A stretch of DNA of 64,000 nucleotides from Flavobacteriales bacterium. Its GTDB lineage: Bacteria > Bacteroidota > Bacteroidia > Flavobacteriales_F > PHOS-HE28. Under the pieces are notes generated by a model. That model saw nothing but the letters and a program-made list of their open reading frames with translations. It had not been told where the DNA came from and searched no databases. The DNA is taken from positions 461,342 through 525,341 of the forward strand of contig JAMLHB010000003.1 in the NCBI GenBank assembly GCA_023957375.1, written 5' to 3'. This document shows positions 59,930 through 64,000 of this stretch, piece after piece; within the stretch, counting starts at the first letter, position 1; every line of letters starts with the position of its first letter. The position numbers and the translations under genes are program-made.

Positions 59930-60620
59930 CTCGTCCGCGTTTGCAACGCGGGCGAAGATCGAGGTGCGCTTGCAGCGCGCACACTGAGCCACTCCCTGCC
60001 TGTCGGGCTTCCCGCCGGGCCGCACGGGTCCTGGTGTTCGTTGAATAGCTTCGCTTCATGTCCAACGGCCCGAGCAGCCTTTCCGATAAGGTCGGGTGGT
60101 CGTTGCAAACGACAGGGAAGGGGCACCCGCGCTGCAAACGCGGGCGGGAATGTCAGGTTGAAGATGTTTTACGATGAGCGATGAAGCGGCCGGAGGCCAA
60201 TGTGAAAGAGGGCACTCGGCACAGCCGAGCGCCGGGAGGGGGGTCATGTGGCAGAGTTGTTCGGTATCCCGGCGCTCGGGTCCGGCCTGTGGGTGGCCTG
60301 TGCGGCCCGAGTGCCCGGCTGTCCAACCGCCTCTGGCGGGCTCCTGCTACTTTCATCTTCATCCGGTTGCGGAAGGCCTTGTTACCTTGCCGGAGCACTA
60401 CGCCCACAGCAGTGCCCATGCGGAGGGCCGGTTGAAGATGTTTTACGATGAGCGATGAAGCAGCCGGGGGCGAATGTGAAAGAGGGCACTCGTCACAGCC
60501 GAGCCCCGGGAGGGAGAGAATGATTTAGGGATGGTCGCTGCAAACGACCGTGATGTTGCGCCCGCTTTGCAAACGCGGGCGAGAATGTGGGAACGCACGG
60601 TTGAAGGATCGAAGGCCGCA
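59930..60620. repeat. non-coding cluster of short GC-rich hairpins with TGCAA(A) loops, plus 85-bp direct repeats
   Basis: Hairpins: CCGCG-TTTGCAA-CGCGG (~59935-59953), GTCGTT-GCA-AACGAC (60099-60113), CCCGCG-CTGCAAA-CGCGGG (60126-60144), GTCG.TGCAAACGAC (60534-60548) and CGCCCGC-TTTGCAAA-CGCGGGCG (~60558-60581, imperfect). The 85-bp repeats are at 60156-60240 and 60430-60514. Confidence 0.65.
60348..60419 (+). pseudogene. 24-codon relic resembling the C-terminal motif of Y1 (IS200-like / REP-associated, RAYT) transposases
   Basis: It translates as YFHLHPVAEGLVTLPEHYAHSSAH. The remembered consensus is YIH.NPV.AGLV..PE.Y.(W/Y)SSA. No catalytic HUH/Y region is present upstream. Confidence 0.4.
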
Positions 60621-60868
60621 AGTCGCCCCCGCTGTACGTGTTGGAACGCACATCATAGTTGGCGGGGAAGACTTGCGGCAGCGGGGGGCTGACCAGTGCC
60701 ACTTCCCCCACCCCACTTTCCCGACCTCCATCGCCTCCCTACGCTCGCCACCGGCATCCACGGACCACCACGTAGGCAACGCACCATGGTCCTGTACCGT
60801 CAGGCACTTTGACGCAAGAATGGTCCCACTTCCCAACAGATCTTCGATCTCATTTCCGGTTGACGCAC

Positions 60869-62119
60869 ATGTACCGCATCCTCCCCGTCCTCCTCGCTTT
60901 CGGACTTCTCGCGCCCCTGCATGCACAACCCACCCGGGTGCTCTTTATCGGCAACAGCTACACCGGCGTGAACAACCTGCCGGAGATGACGCGCCAACTG
61001 GCGCTTTCACTGGGTGATACGCTGGCGGTGGCCAGCTCCAGCCCGGGCGGCTACACCTTCCAGCAGCACAGCACCAATGCCGCCACGCAAGGCCTGATCG
61101 ACCAAGGGAACTGGGATTTCGTGGTGCTGCAGGAGCAAAGCCAGCTACCCTCGTTCCCGCCCAGCCAAGTGGCGAGCGACTGCCTGCCTTATGCGCAAGC
61201 CTTGGTGGACAGCATCCGCGCCCATTCGCCCTGCGTCGAACCGGTGTTCTACATGACCTGGGGCCGGCAGAACGGCGATGCGCAGAACTGCGCCAGCTGG
61301 CCACCGGTGTGTACGTACGAAGGCATGCAGCAGCAATTGCGCCAGAGCTACCTGCAAATGTCCGAGGACAACAGCGCGGCGTGCGCCCCGGCGGGCATGG
61401 CGTGGAAACGGGTGCGCGCCGAATACCCCGCCATCAACCTGTACAGCAGCGACGGCAGCCACCCCACCGTGGCGGGCACCTACTTAGTGGCCTGCACCAT
61501 GTACAGCACGTTCTTCGGCACTTCCACGGTGGGTGCTTCGTTCATTTCATCGCTGGACGCGGGCACGGCGGCAACCTTGCAGATGGTGGCGTCATCTGTA
61601 GTGCTTGATAGCATAGACACGTGGAACATCGGGGTGAACGACCCGGTGGCATTGCCCGAGCACGAGGACCAAGGCAACGGCAACGTGTTCTTCAGTGAAA
61701 ACTCCGTGAACGCCACGGCGCATTCCTGGGACCTCGGCGATGGCAGTACCTCCATGGAAACTTCCTTCACGCACACTTACACCGCCAGCGGCACCTACAC
61801 GGTCACCTACGTGGCCATGGATGATTGCGGGCGCACGGATACCAACACCTTCGCGGTGAACCTCTCCACCACCGGGATCAGCGATCTTCCGAATGAGCGG
61901 TTTTCGCTCTCGGAGCAGGCTGGTGTACTGGTGCTGCACCATGCCAACCGCGCCGGGCTACTGGAACTGTTCGACCTTCAGGGGCGCAAACTGGCCATGC
62001 GTGCCATCCCGGCCGGGCACCAAACCGTGCTTCCGCTTCCCGATGCCACCGTACTGCTGTGGCGTTTCCAGGAACGGGGTGGCCATGGCGATACCGGTGT
62101 GCTGGCCCTGCCACGGTAA
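60869..62119 (+). CDS. SGNH/DUF4886-like hydrolase domain + PKD domain + T9SS type-A C-terminal domain protein, 416 aa
   Basis: Start at ATG 60869 gives a signal peptide. RVLFIGNSYT and SSDGSHPT blocks are SGNH-like. A PKD block follows (WDLGDGSTS...HTYTASGTYTVTYVAMDDCG), then a C-terminal sorting-domain-like tail. Confidence 0.72.
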   Translation: MYRILPVLLAFGLLAPLHAQPTRVLFIGNSYTGVNNLPEMTRQLALSLGDTLAVASSSPGGYTFQQHSTNAATQGLIDQGNWDFVVLQEQSQLPSFPPSQVASDCLPYAQALVDSIRAHSPCVEPVFYMTWGRQNGDAQNCASWPPVCTYEGMQQQLRQSYLQMSEDNSAACAPAGMAWKRVRAEYPAINLYSSDGSHPTVAGTYLVACTMYSTFFGTSTVGASFISSLDAGTAATLQMVASSVVLDSIDTWNIGVNDPVALPEHEDQGNGNVFFSENSVNATAHSWDLGDGSTSMETSFTHTYTASGTYTVTYVAMDDCGRTDTNTFAVNLSTTGISDLPNERFSLSEQAGVLVLHHANRAGLLELFDLQGRKLAMRAIPAGHQTVLPLPDATVLLWRFQERGGHGDTGVLALPR

Positions 62120-62194
62120 CACGGGCTCCCCGGCACTGAAGGAACCGGGTTGCATTCCACGGGCCACCTTTGCGCATTCCTGAAGCACTGCCAA

Positions 62195-62425
62195 ATGTCC
62201 ACGCTCCGTTTCCATTGGGATTTCCTCGGCCCCGACGCGCCCATCACGGCGAAGCACTTCTGCCACCACTTGGAGGAGTTCTGCGAAATGCACCACATCC
62301 CAGAACCGCGCACCTTTACTACGGACCTGCAAGGGCGCTCCGTGGCCTCGCTGGAATGCGATGAAAAGCACCTGCTGCTGGTGCGCGACCTGCTGCGGCC
62401 CAAGCGGGCGGAGCGGTTGGGATGA
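62195..62425 (+). CDS. small hypothetical protein, 76 aa
   Basis: Internal ATG of ORF 62150-62425. No motif recognised; coding status is uncertain. Confidence 0.35.
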   Translation: MSTLRFHWDFLGPDAPITAKHFCHHLEEFCEMHHIPEPRTFTTDLQGRSVASLECDEKHLLLVRDLLRPKRAERLG

Positions 62426-62507
62426 GAGGGTGGCCCGTGTGGAACGAAGCCGCTGTTTCCGCACGCGAACTGCAACTCGTTACCTTTACATCAGCAAACC
62501 ATCCGCT

Positions 62508-62744
62508 ATGGACATTGCCTTGAAGAAGCTGGACCTTGTGCAACGCTTGTTGACCATTTGGGATGAAGCGGCGATAAAGCGCGTGGCCAAGGTGATCGAG
62601 AAGGAAGCGGCAGCGGAAGAGGACTTCACGGATGAGGAAATCGCGGAATTGGACAAGCGGCGGGCGCGCTATCTAAGCGGTGAAAGCCAGCCCCACACCG
62701 TTGAGGAGTCCATGCGACTTGCCCGCGAAGGGGACAAGGCATGA
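62508..62744 (+). CDS. putative antitoxin / addiction-module component, 78 aa
   Basis: A small acidic helical protein (LDLVQRLLTIWDEAAIKRV...EIAELDKRRARYLSGES) whose stop overlaps the toxin start (ATGA at 62741-62744). Confidence 0.6.
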   Translation: MDIALKKLDLVQRLLTIWDEAAIKRVAKVIEKEAAAEEDFTDEEIAELDKRRARYLSGESQPHTVEESMRLAREGDKA

Positions 62745-63029
62745 GCCTCCCCTTATTGGTGCTGCCTGAGGCCACGGCAGAGGTAAAGATGATCTTTCGG
62801 TGGTACGAAAAAGGCAGGCCGGCCTTGGGTGGCGGTTCCAAAGGGCGCTGCAAACATGCTAGAGGACGTGGCACTGCTTCCGTCATTGCAGAAGCGCAAA
62901 GGGGAATACCGGCATGCGTTGGTTGAAGGCTTCCCTTATCGTGTTGTATACGTATGGCATGATGAGGCTGTGGTCATATACCAAGTGCGCCACACCAGCC
63001 GCAAGCCCAGCAGGAGGTTCGGGCCTTAA
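62741..63029 (+). pseudogene. RelE/ParE family toxin, frameshifted
   Basis: The N-terminal part is in one frame (MSLPLLVLPEATAEVKMIFRWYEKGRPALG). The conserved C-terminal part is in another (LEDVALLPSLQKRKGEYRHALVEGFPYRVVYVWHDEAVVIYQVRHTSRKP). The break lies around 62825-62860. Confidence 0.7.
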
Positions 63030-63054
63030 GCACATGGCCGACCAAGACCGCGCA

Positions 63055-64000
63055 TCACCCCATCACCCACCGCATCACCTTCTCCTTCCACGTTGAATAG
63101 GGCGGATAGTGTACACCGGGTTCCGGCAGCAGCCGGGAGGTCGTCACCAAGCCGTGGATGTGGCTGAACACCTCGAAGCTGCGCTTGCCATGGTAGCACC
63201 CCATGCCGCTGGTTCCCACGCCGCCCAAGGGCAAATGTGGATTCCCGAAGTGCAGCAGGCAGTGGTTGATGCAACCACCGCCGAAGGCGATGCGCTCCGT
63301 GAAGAAACGCTGCACGGAGCGGCTTCGTGCAAACAAGTACAGCGCCAATGGCATGGGATTCCGCGCTACCGTTGCCAACGCCTCTTCCGGCTCCTTCCAT
63401 GGGATCACCGGCAACACCGGCCCGAAGATCTCCTCCTGCATCACCGTGCTCTCCAACGAGACGCCGGTGAGGACCGTGGGGGCGATGTAGCGTTCACTTG
63501 CATCGGTGTGGCCGCCGAAGAAGGCGTTCCCTTCCGCCAGGTAGCGCTTTACCCGCTGAAAATGCTTGTCGTTCACCATGCGCGCGAAGTGGGGCGAGTG
63601 TTGCGGGTCCTTCCCGAAGAAAGTCGTGATATGCTTGGACAGGGCGGCCAGGAAGGCATCCAGCACTTCGGCATGCACCAAGGCGTAGTCCGTGGCGATG
63701 CAGGTTTGCCCGGCGTTGAAAAACTTGCTCCAGGCGATGCGTTTGGCAGCGAGGTCCACGTTGGCACTGCGGTCCACGATGGCGGGGCTTTTGCCGCCGA
63801 GTTCCAAGGTGACGGGCACCAACCGTGGGGCTGCCATGGCCAACACCTTGCGCCCAACGGCCGGGCTACCGGTGAAGAAGATGTGGTCGAAGCGGAAGGC
63901 TTCCATCATCGGCGGAAGCACATCGGCTCCCGGGCCTTGCACCACCAACACCTGTTCCGTGCGGAAGGCTTCTGCGATGATCTTCTCCAGCACGGCGGCG
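63055..64000 (-). CDS. aldehyde dehydrogenase (ALDH3-like), 3' portion; the gene continues past the window end
   Basis: It has the catalytic region ELGGKSP and FFNAGQTCIATDY, followed by EEIFGPVLP. The ORF is open to the window edge. Confidence 0.9.
   Translation of the reverse strand, partial: AAVLEKIIAEAFRTEQVLVVQGPGADVLPPMMEAFRFDHIFFTGSPAVGRKVLAMAAPRLVPVTLELGGKSPAIVDRSANVDLAAKRIAWSKFFNAGQTCIATDYALVHAEVLDAFLAALSKHITTFFGKDPQHSPHFARMVNDKHFQRVKRYLAEGNAFFGGHTDASERYIAPTVLTGVSLESTVMQEEIFGPVLPVIPWKEPEEALATVARNPMPLALYLFARSRSVQRFFTERIAFGGGCINHCLLHFGNPHLPLGGVGTSGMGCYHGKRSFEVFSHIHGLVTTSRLLPEPGVHYPPYSTWKEKVMRWVMG

Noticed and set aside
60174-60458. 94-aa ORF (and overlapping ORFs) in the 60.1-60.5 kb region as real genes
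   Set aside because: They begin and end inside the 85-bp direct repeats (both end ...RLKMFYDER*). Only a 24-codon stretch resembles a known protein motif. I treat the region as a transposase relic plus repeats.
56091-63029. Treating the whole 56-63 kb stretch as one integrated element or prophage
   Set aside because: There is no integrase, no phage structural or conjugation genes, and no pair of outer att-like repeats. The evidence supports several small independent scars (a cassette, a RAYT relic and a decayed TA pair) rather than one island.

Overview
This is a GC-rich chromosomal segment with a Bacteroidota-type gene repertoire. The evidence for that is T9SS type-A and type-B C-terminal sorting domains, a long-form IspG, a Bacteroidota-style NA37 nucleoid protein and ECF sigma modules. 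All family names come from motifs I recognise by eye; no database search was possible. Most of the window is housekeeping or envelope genes: leuS, an M23 peptidase, ispG, an AsmA-like protein, hemW, metF, a pseudouridine synthase, an LD-carboxypeptidase, a P-type ATPase, two sensor kinases, a flippase and a crotonase. I found no rRNA, tRNA or CRISPR. Several accessory or unusual patches interrupt this background. (1) An 850-bp array of 8.3 tandem 102-bp units lies between a kinase gene and hemW; each unit is two inverted REP-like palindromes (BIME-like). (2) A second hairpin-rich junkyard (59.9-60.6 kb) surrounds a 24-codon relic of a Y1 (RAYT/IS200-like) transposase. (3) A 1225-bp IS with a 9-bp target duplication sits 49 nt upstream of the P-type ATPase start, and its transposase start is out of frame at an A7 run. 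(4) Two integrase-less gene modules are each bracketed by direct duplications of the 3' ends of the flanking genes: a 3.8-kb two-gene secreted-protein module (176-bp repeats) and a 1-kb nucleotidyltransferase cassette next to a solitary C5-methyltransferase. (5) A four-gene cluster encodes an ECF sigma factor, a membrane-anchored protein with a T9SS type-B CTD, and two NIDO-domain adhesins. (6) A cytochrome-c::PHM-like copper monooxygenase is paired with a redoxin. (7) Frameshifted SDR and ParE/RelE genes are present, and leuS contains a GC-poor insert. Long antisense ORFs in the six-frame track are treated as high-GC artefacts.
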